Shown: piece by piece, positions 28,121 through 36,581 of the stretch
Layout: each line of letters starts with the position of its first letter
How positions within the stretch are numbered: position 1 is the first letter of the stretch
Source: Fidelibacterota bacterium MT.SAG.2
GTDB lineage: Bacteria > Fidelibacterota > SORT01
Direction of reading: 5' to 3'
DNA: 64,000 nt
Assembly (NCBI GenBank): GCA_004402915.1
Contig: SORU01000001.1
Span: 24,908 to 88,907 of the forward strand
Made by a program: the position numbers and the translations under genes
Notes under the pieces: generated by a model
What the model was told of the DNA's origin: nothing
Seen by the model: only the letters and a program-made list of their open reading frames with translations
Databases searched by the model: none

Positions 28121-29323
28121 TTGAAACTATTATCTTTGATTTTATTAGTACTCAGCTTGAGCTCGGTAACACTGTTTGGTCAGGAAAATGAAACTGAAAG
28201 TTCCGCGGCTGACAGCGCAGATGCCGCCTTAGAAGCGGAATTAGCTAAAATGATGCTCGGAGATAAAGGCTCATCAAAACCGGTTCTGCGATCGTCTGTG
28301 CAGATTCCGACTGCAGTGGTCGGCGGCATAAGCAATATGAACCCGAATATCGGATTGATCAGCAAATTCAGCGCAGATGCTTTGGCAAATGGTGAAGCAG
28401 AGATCGGCGAAGGAAAGCGCTCGCCGGAAGGGTTTAGCTTTCACGAAGTCGAGCTTTCTTTTCAGATGGTAATTGACCCCTACGCCCGCGCGGATTTCTT
28501 TATAGCGTTCCTTCCCGAAGAAGGAGAGGTAGAATTGGAGGAGGCGTTTATCACGGTTTTTTCTCTGCCGTTTGACCTGAGAGCAAAAGCGGGAATAATT
28601 CGGACGAAGTTTGGCAGATTGAATCCGATCCATCCGCCTGAAGTAGTCTTTGTAGACTATCCGCTGCCGCTGGAAATGTATTTCGGCGGAGAAGGTTTGG
28701 TCGGCACAGGAGTTTCCATGAGCTACCTCATACCAAATAAGTGGGACCTCTTTTTGGAGGCGACATTTGAGGTGACAAACGGCGACAACGAAATGATATT
28801 CAACGGAAATTCAACGAACGATATGGCGTATAACGGACATTTCAGTTCTTTCTTCGATTTAGGTGATAACTCCGCATTATTGCTCGGCGGCACTGCCATG
28901 ACCGGCATTAATGACGATTTAGGGCTGTATAGAACGAAAGTTTACGGGATAGACCTTACATACAAATGGAAACCGCTACGGAGACAGCTTTACAAGTCTT
29001 TTACCTGGCAGACAGAATTCTTTTTCCTGGACAGGGAGGAAGCAGCACCTGAAAACCTGAAAGCAACCGGTTTTTATTCGTATATGAAATATCAACTCGG
29101 AAGACGATGGTTTGTCCTCGGACGGTATGACAGGGCTGAATTAACGGATAACCCGGGGAATGCCGATGAGAAATATGTAGCGGCATTGACCTACTTCCCG
29201 AGCAATTTTCAGACTATTAGATTGCAATCAACAACAAGTAAAGATTTTACCGGAGAGAGCAGCACGCTTGTGTCTCTGCAGTGGAATTTCGTAATCGGCG
29301 CTCACGGCGCACATATATATTAA
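28121..29323 (+). CDS. putative outer-membrane beta-barrel/porin-like protein
   Basis: Signal peptide TLFG|QENE. 400 aa with alternating amphipathic composition. Sits directly upstream of the ZnuA-like gene. Confidence 0.4.
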   Translation: MKLLSLILLVLSLSSVTLFGQENETESSAADSADAALEAELAKMMLGDKGSSKPVLRSSVQIPTAVVGGISNMNPNIGLISKFSADALANGEAEIGEGKRSPEGFSFHEVELSFQMVIDPYARADFFIAFLPEEGEVELEEAFITVFSLPFDLRAKAGIIRTKFGRLNPIHPPEVVFVDYPLPLEMYFGGEGLVGTGVSMSYLIPNKWDLFLEATFEVTNGDNEMIFNGNSTNDMAYNGHFSSFFDLGDNSALLLGGTAMTGINDDLGLYRTKVYGIDLTYKWKPLRRQLYKSFTWQTEFFFLDREEAAPENLKATGFYSYMKYQLGRRWFVLGRYDRAELTDNPGNADEKYVAALTYFPSNFQTIRLQSTTSKDFTGESSTLVSLQWNFVIGAHGAHIY

Positions 29324-29334
29324 ACGGAGTATTA

Positions 29335-30270
29335 ATGATGAATAGAATTAAAAAATTACTGTTTTCGATTATCCTGCTGATGTCAGTTTCAAATGTAGAA
29401 GCAAAGATACGCGTAGTCTCCACTTTGCCGAACTTCAGTGCGATAGCCAAAGAGATAGGCGGCGATAAAATAGAGGTGACAACTATTGCAAAAGGATATC
29501 AAAATCCTCACTTTATCGATCCGAAGCCAAGTTTCATAATTAAGATGAAAAAAACTGATATATTGGTTTGGGCCGGCTTGGACCTTGAAATATATTGGCT
29601 GACGCCGCTGCTTGAAAACTCTCGTAATTCGAATATTATGTGGGGTGCGCCGGGAAATGTTGATGCCTCAAAGGGTGTATCCCTTCTTGAAATACCCAAC
29701 ATCCCTGCCGCACAACTGAGAGCCGGGGGCGATATACATGTATACGGCAATCCACATTACTGGCACGATCCGCAGAACGGAAAGATTATTGCACGGAATA
29801 TCTACGATGCTTTCGTAAATGCATCTCCAAAGGATGCGGAATATTTTAAACGGAATTTAGAGGATTTTAACTCGAGATTGGATACGTCCATCAAAAAATG
29901 GCTGAAATTGATGGAACCGTTTAAGGGATGGAAAATAATTGCCTACCACAATTCGTGGCCATATTTGGAAGATCGGTTCGGTTTTGTGATCGTCGATTTC
30001 GTAGAGCCGAAACCCGGAATACCACCGAGTCCGAATCATTTAGTGAAATTAATTAAAAAGATGCGAAATCAGAATATTAAAATAATTATCATCTCACCGT
30101 ATTTCAGTGATAAGCCGGCGAAGGTTCTTGCCGACAAAGTGGGTGGGCAAGTTGTTTTGGTAGCCCCAAGCGTCGGTGCATTTGAAGGCGTGGATAGCTA
30201 CTTTGATCTGTTCGATTATAATTTGGGATCATTGGTAGACGCCTTCAAGTCTATGGATTCGAAGAATTAA
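29335..30270 (+). CDS. znuA: metal (Zn/Mn) ABC transporter substrate-binding protein, TroA/ZnuA cluster-9 family
   Basis: IRVVSTLPNFSAIAKEIGGDKIEVTTIAKGYQNPHFIDPKPS...DILVWAGLDLE...YHNSWPYL are characteristic of ZnuA/TroA. GGAG precedes the ATG at 29335. Confidence 0.75.
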   Translation: MMNRIKKLLFSIILLMSVSNVEAKIRVVSTLPNFSAIAKEIGGDKIEVTTIAKGYQNPHFIDPKPSFIIKMKKTDILVWAGLDLEIYWLTPLLENSRNSNIMWGAPGNVDASKGVSLLEIPNIPAAQLRAGGDIHVYGNPHYWHDPQNGKIIARNIYDAFVNASPKDAEYFKRNLEDFNSRLDTSIKKWLKLMEPFKGWKIIAYHNSWPYLEDRFGFVIVDFVEPKPGIPPSPNHLVKLIKKMRNQNIKIIIISPYFSDKPAKVLADKVGGQVVLVAPSVGAFEGVDSYFDLFDYNLGSLVDAFKSMDSKN

Positions 30271-30316
30271 ACAGTCGTATCATAACATGAAACAGCTTTA
30301 AATAGGAGATAAAAAG

Positions 30317-31141
30317 GTGCTCGAACTAATTTCATTACCATTATTAGCCGGATTTATTCTGGTTGCCATTCACTCATATCTCGGGATTCATATCGTTGAG
30401 CGAAAAGTAATATTCGTGGATCTTGCGCTCGCCCAAATCGCAGCAGCCGGGGCCGGTATCGGTGTGCTGTTAGGATATGATTTAGGCGGAATAGAGACCT
30501 TCTTTACGGCTCTGTTTTTCACATTCATCGGAGCGGGGATATTCGCTGCAACCAGGATGCGCAAGGAAGTGGTTCCGCAGGAAGCGATAATAGGAATAGT
30601 ATATGCCGTTTCAGCCGCCGCCTTCATTTTACTAATGGACAGAGCCCCGAATGGGGCAGAGGAAGTGAAAGGAATGCTTGTCGGCTATATTCTTCTCGTA
30701 AACTGGGATGATATAATCAGATTGGCTTCTCTTTATACTATAATCGGAGTATTCCATTATTTTGTTCGCAATCGAATGATAAAAATATCACAAGATCCTG
30801 AAGGGGCTTTCAAAGAAGGCATTAACGTCCGATTATGGGATTTTATATTTTACATTTCGTTCGGTTTTGTGGTAACAACTGCCGTGCAGGTTGCCGGAGT
30901 ATTGCTCGTTTTCGCTTACTTGGTCGTTCCGGCAGTTAGCGCGATGTTGTTTACAAGCGATTTCAAGAAACGACTTATCATCGGGTGGTCGCTCGGATTA
31001 TTGGGAAATTTTCTTGGTATGTTTTTTTCGGTGCAGTTTGACCTGCCGACTGGTGCGGCGATTGTGACCACATTCGGGCTGATAATAGCGGCCGCGGGGT
31101 TGTTCAAGTATTTGAGAGATCGGTTTTTGTTGAAGATGTGA
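30317..31141 (+). CDS. znuB: metal ABC transporter permease (ABC-3/ZnuB family)
   Basis: Eight TM helices. Composition matches ZnuB/TroCD-type permeases. GTG start preceded by AGGAG. Confidence 0.75.
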   Translation: MLELISLPLLAGFILVAIHSYLGIHIVERKVIFVDLALAQIAAAGAGIGVLLGYDLGGIETFFTALFFTFIGAGIFAATRMRKEVVPQEAIIGIVYAVSAAAFILLMDRAPNGAEEVKGMLVGYILLVNWDDIIRLASLYTIIGVFHYFVRNRMIKISQDPEGAFKEGINVRLWDFIFYISFGFVVTTAVQVAGVLLVFAYLVVPAVSAMLFTSDFKKRLIIGWSLGLLGNFLGMFFSVQFDLPTGAAIVTTFGLIIAAAGLFKYLRDRFLLKM

Positions 31142-31164
31142 CGAAAAGGTTTAAAAATATAAAA

Positions 31165-31186
31165 GGGTAATGCTGGATCCATTACC
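31165..31186 (+). terminator. possible terminator hairpin after the permease gene
   Basis: Stem GGTAATG/CATTACC with 7-nt loop CTGGATC. No clear U tract follows. Confidence 0.3.
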
Positions 31187-31227
31187 ACTTGATGTTATGT
31201 GACTTCGGCTCTTAAGTTTGAAGCTGA

Positions 31228-31677
31228 ATGAATTTTCAGCTGATTAGATCAAAATTGTTTTCACATCGATTTTTTAAGTTTAGCGCTGTAGGGTTTTCAG
31301 GTCTAATAGTTAACATGTCTTTACTCTGGTTTTTTACAGAACTGATCGGTTTGTATTATCTATTTGCGTCCCTGCTATCAATCGAGTTGTCGGTAATAAA
31401 TAACTTCATCTGGAACGATCTGTGGACTTGGGGCGATAGACCAAAATCGGGGGGCTGGGGATACTTTAAACGATTGCTGAAGTATAATCTTTCTGCGAGT
31501 GTTGCCGCTGTTATCGGGAATTTATTAGTTCTTGTGGTTCTTAAGGAGCAATTCGGCTGGAATTATTTACTGGCTAATTTGGTAGGAATAGGCGTAGCTG
31601 TAGTGATAAATTATGTCGTGAATGATCGCTGGACATTCCGTGATAAGCAGGAAGAGATAGAAGCAGTAAATTTCTGA
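31228..31677 (+). CDS. GtrA-family membrane protein
   Basis: Four TM helices. FFKFSAVGFSGLIVNMSLLWFFTE and VINNFIWNDLWTW are typical of the GtrA family. Confidence 0.7.
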   Translation: MNFQLIRSKLFSHRFFKFSAVGFSGLIVNMSLLWFFTELIGLYYLFASLLSIELSVINNFIWNDLWTWGDRPKSGGWGYFKRLLKYNLSASVAAVIGNLLVLVVLKEQFGWNYLLANLVGIGVAVVINYVVNDRWTFRDKQEEIEAVNF

Positions 31678-31724
31678 GAATGAAACTTAGTATCGCAAAT
31701 TTTTTAATATGAGGAAACAATTTT

Positions 31725-32876
31725 ATGGATTTTAGATTGCCCGAAGAAATCGAGATGCTTCGAGAGATGGCTAAGAAATTTACCGACAAAGAAATTCGCC
31801 CGTTAGCGGATCAGATCGACCGTGAAGAGAAGATTCCGAAAGAGTTGATAAAGAAATTGAGCAAAACAGGATTAATGAGCGTTATTATTCCACCGGAATA
31901 CGGCGGAGGCGGATTCGGGGAACTCGGTTATTGCGCCATGCAGGAGGAGATCGCTCAAGGGTGCGCTTCTACTGCCACTTTCCTCGGAGCGCATCTGTCC
32001 ATTGGAGCGCAGACTATCATTCTATTCGGCTCCGAAGAAACAAAGAAAAAATATCTGCCGAGCCTTGCGACAGGCGAGTTTATTGCGGCTTATTCTCTGA
32101 CTGAAGCGGGTTCCGGTTCAGACGCGGCAGCTATGAAGGCAAAGGCGGTATTCGACGGCAGCGATTGGGTTTTAAACGGTACGAAGATTTGGGTGACCAA
32201 TGGGTCTATTGCCGACGTCATAGTCGTTTATGCTAAAATGGAAAAAGATGGAGAGGATTTGGGACCGGGCGCATTCGTGATAGAGACGAGTAAAGAAGGA
32301 TTTAAGGTAGACAAGAAGGAAGAGAAGATGGGGATAAGGGGTTCGGAAACCGCAGCCATAAGCTTCCACGATTACCATATCCCAAAGCAAAATCTTTTAG
32401 GTGACCCTGGGCAGGGTTTTAAGATTGCTCTTACTATTCTCGATGTCGGCAGGCTCGGGTTAGGAGCTACTACTCTCGGACAGGCTAAGGAATCGCTGAG
32501 GCTGAGTACGGAATACGCAAAACAACGTGAACAATTCGGCCAGCCGATAGCAGAATTTCAGGCTATACAATGGAAATTAGCGGACATGACAACCGACATA
32601 TATGCGATGGAGAGCATGCTCTACAGGACTGCCGCCGACTATGACGCGGGAAAAAGAGTTACGAGAGAAGCTTCGATAGTTAAACTATATTGCTCAGAGG
32701 CGCTCGACAGGATAGTTGACCATGCAGTCCAGATACACGGCGGTATGGGTTACTCACGCGAGTTGAAGATAGAGCGGATGTATCGTGACGCCCGTATCAA
32801 TAAGATATTCGAAGGAACAAACGAGATACAGCGTATAGTCATAGCCCGCGAGACGCTCAATAAGGGTGGGTATTAG
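31725..32876 (+). CDS. acyl-CoA dehydrogenase
   Basis: Length 383 aa. N-terminal LPEEIEMLREMAKKFTDKEIRPLADQIDREEKIP. FAD and substrate motifs (YSLTEAGSGSDAAAM; QIHGGMGYSRE). Confidence 0.85.
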   Translation: MDFRLPEEIEMLREMAKKFTDKEIRPLADQIDREEKIPKELIKKLSKTGLMSVIIPPEYGGGGFGELGYCAMQEEIAQGCASTATFLGAHLSIGAQTIILFGSEETKKKYLPSLATGEFIAAYSLTEAGSGSDAAAMKAKAVFDGSDWVLNGTKIWVTNGSIADVIVVYAKMEKDGEDLGPGAFVIETSKEGFKVDKKEEKMGIRGSETAAISFHDYHIPKQNLLGDPGQGFKIALTILDVGRLGLGATTLGQAKESLRLSTEYAKQREQFGQPIAEFQAIQWKLADMTTDIYAMESMLYRTAADYDAGKRVTREASIVKLYCSEALDRIVDHAVQIHGGMGYSRELKIERMYRDARINKIFEGTNEIQRIVIARETLNKGGY

Positions 32877-32898
32877 GGCTTTGGAGCCCTGACAGCAC
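32876..32898. repeat. GC-rich hairpin element GGGCT-TTGG-AGCCC followed by TGACAGCAC, between convergent genes
   Basis: Read directly. Shares the CCCTGAC(N)GCAC core with the elements at 33458-33518 and 22191-22253. Probably also a bidirectional terminator. Confidence 0.5.
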
Positions 32899-32915
32899 AA
32901 ACATTTATTTCTAAA

Positions 32916-33377
32916 TTACCTCGAAAAAGTCCCCATGAGCTTCGCTTCGGCGAGAATATGTTCCTGCATCTCGTTTTCGAGAGTACTTTTGTCAGCATCG
33001 CCCGTGAGTGTCAACATTGTGTCGAGCGCGTAAAGTTTGAAGAAGTAGCGATGCGGGTCTCCGGGCGGCGGGCACGGACCGCCGTAGCTTTTTTTCTCCC
33101 ACGAGTTAAGCCCCTGTTTTGAACCGTCGGTCAGTGACTCGTCGGTCGGAACAGCTTCGGATAACCCTTCGGAGTCTGCCGGAATGTTAAAGATAAGCCA
33201 ATGATCCCACGTACCCATAGGCGCGTCTGGGTCATCGCAAATGAGGGTAAAGCTCTTCGTTCCTTTGGGCGTATCGCTCCAGATGAGCTGCGGCGAGATG
33301 TCCTCACCTTCGCAAGTGTATTTATCGGGAATTCTATCCCCTTCGTTGAAAGCGCTGCTTGATATTGAAAGGCTCAT
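32916..33377 (-). CDS. YbhB/YbcL-type phosphatidylethanolamine-binding protein (PEBP) family
   Basis: ISPQLIWSDTPKGTKSFTLICDDPDAP...GGPCPPPGDPHRYFFKLYALD are classic bacterial PEBP motifs. Confidence 0.8.
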   Translation of the reverse strand: MSLSISSSAFNEGDRIPDKYTCEGEDISPQLIWSDTPKGTKSFTLICDDPDAPMGTWDHWLIFNIPADSEGLSEAVPTDESLTDGSKQGLNSWEKKSYGGPCPPPGDPHRYFFKLYALDTMLTLTGDADKSTLENEMQEHILAEAKLMGTFSR

Positions 33378-33457
33378 TGTTTAATCCTCCGAATCGTTGT
33401 TACAACCGAATATACGAATTAGAAGTATAAATAATCGAATATTCATATATTAGTGCG

Positions 33458-33518
33458 AGTCGGGGCTTGCCCTGACCGCACGGTTATTTCTGTTTAGGCA
33501 TCAGGGCAAGCCCCGACT
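33458..33518. repeat. 18-bp perfect inverted repeat AGTCGGGGCTTGCCCTGA ... TCAGGGCAAGCCCCGACT around a 25-nt loop (REP-like element)
   Basis: Read directly. Lies about 80 bp upstream of the PEBP gene start, in a divergent intergenic region. Confidence 0.6.
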
Positions 33519-33605
33519 GCCACAGAAAAATTGATACTTCTTTCGCGATTTAAGAGCCAAGTCTGATTCGTTGACATTCGGCAGCTGCTTACGTAAGTTT
33601 TACAA

Positions 33606-34217
33606 ATGAAAAAGCTCTTTTGCTTATTAATACCACTATTACTAACGGGTTGCGACGCTATTTTCGGTACGAGGGAGCCGGAGGAACCGGACGAAAACAT
33701 CAGCAGAAGTCTGTGGCAGCAGCCGACCTCTCCGGGAATTGTATTGGAAAATCTTAAAAACGCATTCTCAGAACGGAACGAGGAGAACTATCTTCGTTCT
33801 CTTGCCGATTCTACGAGTTCCGAGAGAGTGTTCCTATTTATTCCCAGCCAGGAAGCAGCGGTAAACAATCCGGGCGCTTTTGAAGGTTGGGGGTTAAACG
33901 AAGAGAGAGTATATATCAACTTGCTTTTTTCCGAATCCTCTCTTCCGGAGGGAGTAATATCGTCGTTGGAATTCACCCGTTTTGAAGAACCTTCCATACC
34001 GTCGGATAGCGCTCTATTTGAAGAGATCTATGAACTCGAACTTGAGCATACTCTGGAAAACGTTCCTCCTAAGATGATGGGAATCGCTAAGTTCAGGATG
34101 GCGCGAAGCGATGACGGAAATTGGTCTATATACAGATGGGAGGATCTTGCTTTCAGCAATGACAATGACACGTTAGACCTGCCTACGTGGAGTGAACTGA
34201 AGGCTCGTGTACAGTGA
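33606..34217 (+). CDS. hypothetical lipoprotein
   Basis: Lipobox LLTGCDA. 203 aa, acidic. No motif. Confidence 0.45.
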   Translation: MKKLFCLLIPLLLTGCDAIFGTREPEEPDENISRSLWQQPTSPGIVLENLKNAFSERNEENYLRSLADSTSSERVFLFIPSQEAAVNNPGAFEGWGLNEERVYINLLFSESSLPEGVISSLEFTRFEEPSIPSDSALFEEIYELELEHTLENVPPKMMGIAKFRMARSDDGNWSIYRWEDLAFSNDNDTLDLPTWSELKARVQ

Positions 34218-34765
34218 AACAATTTTTTTTATTTGGAATGATGCTCTTCTCTCTGACCTATGGATGCGCAAATCCCTTTGCGCCGAAATTAGGCGAGGTG
34301 GAAAAGGGAACCGCAGCCATATTAACAGAACGTCTCAGCCCGAACGAGGTCTTGGAAAACTTTAGATTTGCTTACATCTTCGGTGACTCTCTTGTTTACA
34401 GCGAGTTGATTGATACAGCATTCTTATTCCTTTACTTCGACCCCAATGTGGAGGGTACAGGCAGATTCGACAGTTGGGGAAGGGATATAGAATTGAGGGC
34501 AACGGGCGGTCTATTCCGGGCAGTCCGCAATATTACACTTGAATGGAACAGCACGATCGAAGAGAAATATTGGTCACCCTCTCCCGATTCGGTTTTAGCG
34601 AGTGTAGAATTTGAAGGAGCAATAAGCGCGAAAATATCCAAAGGATTCCAACTGAAACTCGGCTCTGAAATTCAGCTTGCCGGCACGGCGGTTTTTTCCT
34701 TTGAAAAGGAAAACAGGGGAGATGGTTGGAGGATAGTGAGGTGGGTCGATGAATCGATCTTCTAA
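34214..34765 (+). CDS. hypothetical lipoprotein
   Basis: Lipobox LTYGCAN. 183 aa. 4-nt overlap with the upstream gene. Confidence 0.45.
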   Translation: MKQFFLFGMMLFSLTYGCANPFAPKLGEVEKGTAAILTERLSPNEVLENFRFAYIFGDSLVYSELIDTAFLFLYFDPNVEGTGRFDSWGRDIELRATGGLFRAVRNITLEWNSTIEEKYWSPSPDSVLASVEFEGAISAKISKGFQLKLGSEIQLAGTAVFSFEKENRGDGWRIVRWVDESIF

Positions 34766-35804
34766 GAAACGAATACTCATCTTGGTTGTTCTGTTTTTGA
34801 TAATAGACGCAGCTATCATTTTCCGCATATATTTTAGAGATGAGACTTCTCCTTTCAGAGGTTTTGCAAATTTGGATAGTTATCTGCAAGGGGAATTCAG
34901 CTCGTCATTGAAGGAGAAGGGTCTGATTATCAATCAAGAATCAACCGATGGAAATCTCTACATGAGATACAGAAAAGGTTACGGCAAATATTGGCTGGAA
35001 AGGGTGATCAGACAATCATTGTCGCCTTCAGGTTTAATATCGGAATTTGATTGGAATGTAAATAACGGGTTTAACGTTATATTGACCCATCCTATAGAGG
35101 GAAATCGAACTCTGAAATTCAGAGAGGATGAAAGAAAAAAAGGCGGCTTAATTTGTATAATCATTGATGATTTCGGATATTTTTGGGATGAGCGCGTAGA
35201 TGAGCTGATGAGTTTTGATATTCCGATGGCATTTGCCGTGATCCCCGGCCATGAATACTCGGAGCGGATAGCGAAAAGCGCTGATTCAAACGGGAAAGAG
35301 CTGCTGCTGCATCTTCCGATGGAGGCGTTTGAGCATCAGGGCGGTGAGGATGAATATATAATTAAGTATAATATGGATATCGAGGAGATAGAATCGCGCG
35401 TTTCAAAGGCATTAGAGACAGTCCCGGGCGCATCCGGAATAAATAATCATCAAGGTTCAAGGGTGACGGCGGATTCTGAAACATTTCAGAGATTTCTTGC
35501 CGTAATAAGTCCGTATAACTTATATTTTATCGACAGCGTGACCCACTCTTCAAGTGTGGCGTTCAGGGATGCGCAAAATGCAGGTGTGCCTGCAGGAAGA
35601 CGGACTGTTTTTTTAGATGATTCAGAGGATGAAAAAACTATCGATTACAGAATCGAGCAATTAAAAAATAGAGCTCACAAAAATGGTAATGCCATCGGTA
35701 TAGGTCATATTAATAGTGAAACCATCATGGCATTGAAAAACCGAATTCCATTTTTGATTGAAGAGGGATATCTGTTTGTATATCCTTCACAATTAGTGAA
35801 CTAA
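34749..35804 (+). CDS. divergent polysaccharide deacetylase (YibQ family), membrane anchored
   Basis: N-terminal TM helix. GGLICIIIDDFGY...MAFAVIPGHEYSERIAKSADSNGKELLLHLPME is typical of the YibQ-type family. Confidence 0.7.
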   Translation: MNRSSKKRILILVVLFLIIDAAIIFRIYFRDETSPFRGFANLDSYLQGEFSSSLKEKGLIINQESTDGNLYMRYRKGYGKYWLERVIRQSLSPSGLISEFDWNVNNGFNVILTHPIEGNRTLKFREDERKKGGLICIIIDDFGYFWDERVDELMSFDIPMAFAVIPGHEYSERIAKSADSNGKELLLHLPMEAFEHQGGEDEYIIKYNMDIEEIESRVSKALETVPGASGINNHQGSRVTADSETFQRFLAVISPYNLYFIDSVTHSSSVAFRDAQNAGVPAGRRTVFLDDSEDEKTIDYRIEQLKNRAHKNGNAIGIGHINSETIMALKNRIPFLIEEGYLFVYPSQLVN

Positions 35805-35825
35805 CAGATCTATTAGAGGTATAAT

Positions 35826-36515
35826 ATGGCATTATTAGAGGTAAGGTTGGATGCAGTGGCGGCGATGAGGGACCTGATAGGTGACTCGATCGACCCGGTA
35901 AAATCGGCTGTGGTTGCTGAACTCGCAGGCGCCGACGGGGTGGGGATAAAACTCACCGATGATAGAGAAGAAGAACGGATGAGAGATCTTTCTCTGTTAC
36001 AGGAAATAGTGAATTCACGGCTGAACTTAATTATAAATTCATCGAAGAGACAGGTAGATAAAGCACTTGCCGTTTCAGCTGCCATGGTTACTTTGTATGA
36101 CGATGTGGGCTTAGCGGATTCTAAGGTCATCGCCTCAATGAAAGAAGCAATATCTGTATTGAAAAATAACAAGAATCTTGCAATATCGATCAAGATTAAC
36201 CCTGAAGTCACGGAAGCAAAAGCGGCATCCCGGTTAGGCGCGGATTATGTTGAAATAGATACATCAAGATTCGCGTTGACCAAAGATTATCATGACAGAA
36301 CGATGGAGTTGGAACGGATCGCCGCGGTCGCTCGGGCAGCGTTCAAATTTGATCTTATGGTCTCCGCCGGAGGTGATCTCTCATATCAGAATGCAGCTTA
36401 TATAGCTGAGATTGAACAGGTTGACAGCGTTTCAATTGGAAAAGCCATTATCAGCCGAGGTCTGCTTGTCGGATTGGAAAATGCCGTCCGAGATGCTCTT
36501 GATCTCGTGAAATGA
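35826..36515 (+). CDS. PdxJ (pyridoxine 5'-phosphate synthase) family protein with active-site histidines substituted
   Basis: Aligns with PdxJ throughout (LEVRLDAVAAMRD vs LGVNIDHIATLRN; AELAGADGVGIKLTDDREE vs AEQAGADGITVHLREDRRH; VSAGGDLSYQN vs VNAGHGLTYHN; SIGKAIISRGL vs NIGHAIIGRAV). The conserved His residues are replaced by A, T, G and K. Confidence 0.6.
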   Translation: MALLEVRLDAVAAMRDLIGDSIDPVKSAVVAELAGADGVGIKLTDDREEERMRDLSLLQEIVNSRLNLIINSSKRQVDKALAVSAAMVTLYDDVGLADSKVIASMKEAISVLKNNKNLAISIKINPEVTEAKAASRLGADYVEIDTSRFALTKDYHDRTMELERIAAVARAAFKFDLMVSAGGDLSYQNAAYIAEIEQVDSVSIGKAIISRGLLVGLENAVRDALDLVK

Positions 36516-36581
36516 GCTAGATAAAAATTCCTGTCAAAGAGTAATCCCATTCTGACCATTAACGTATATCGCAATGATGTA

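Noticed and set aside
29281-29334. Upstream in-frame extension of the ZnuA-like ORF (MEFRNRRSRRTYILNGVL...) overlapping the preceding gene
   Set aside because: The extension overlaps the 3' end of 28121..29323. The hydrophobic signal peptide begins at the MMNRIKK Met (29335), which is preceded by GGAG.
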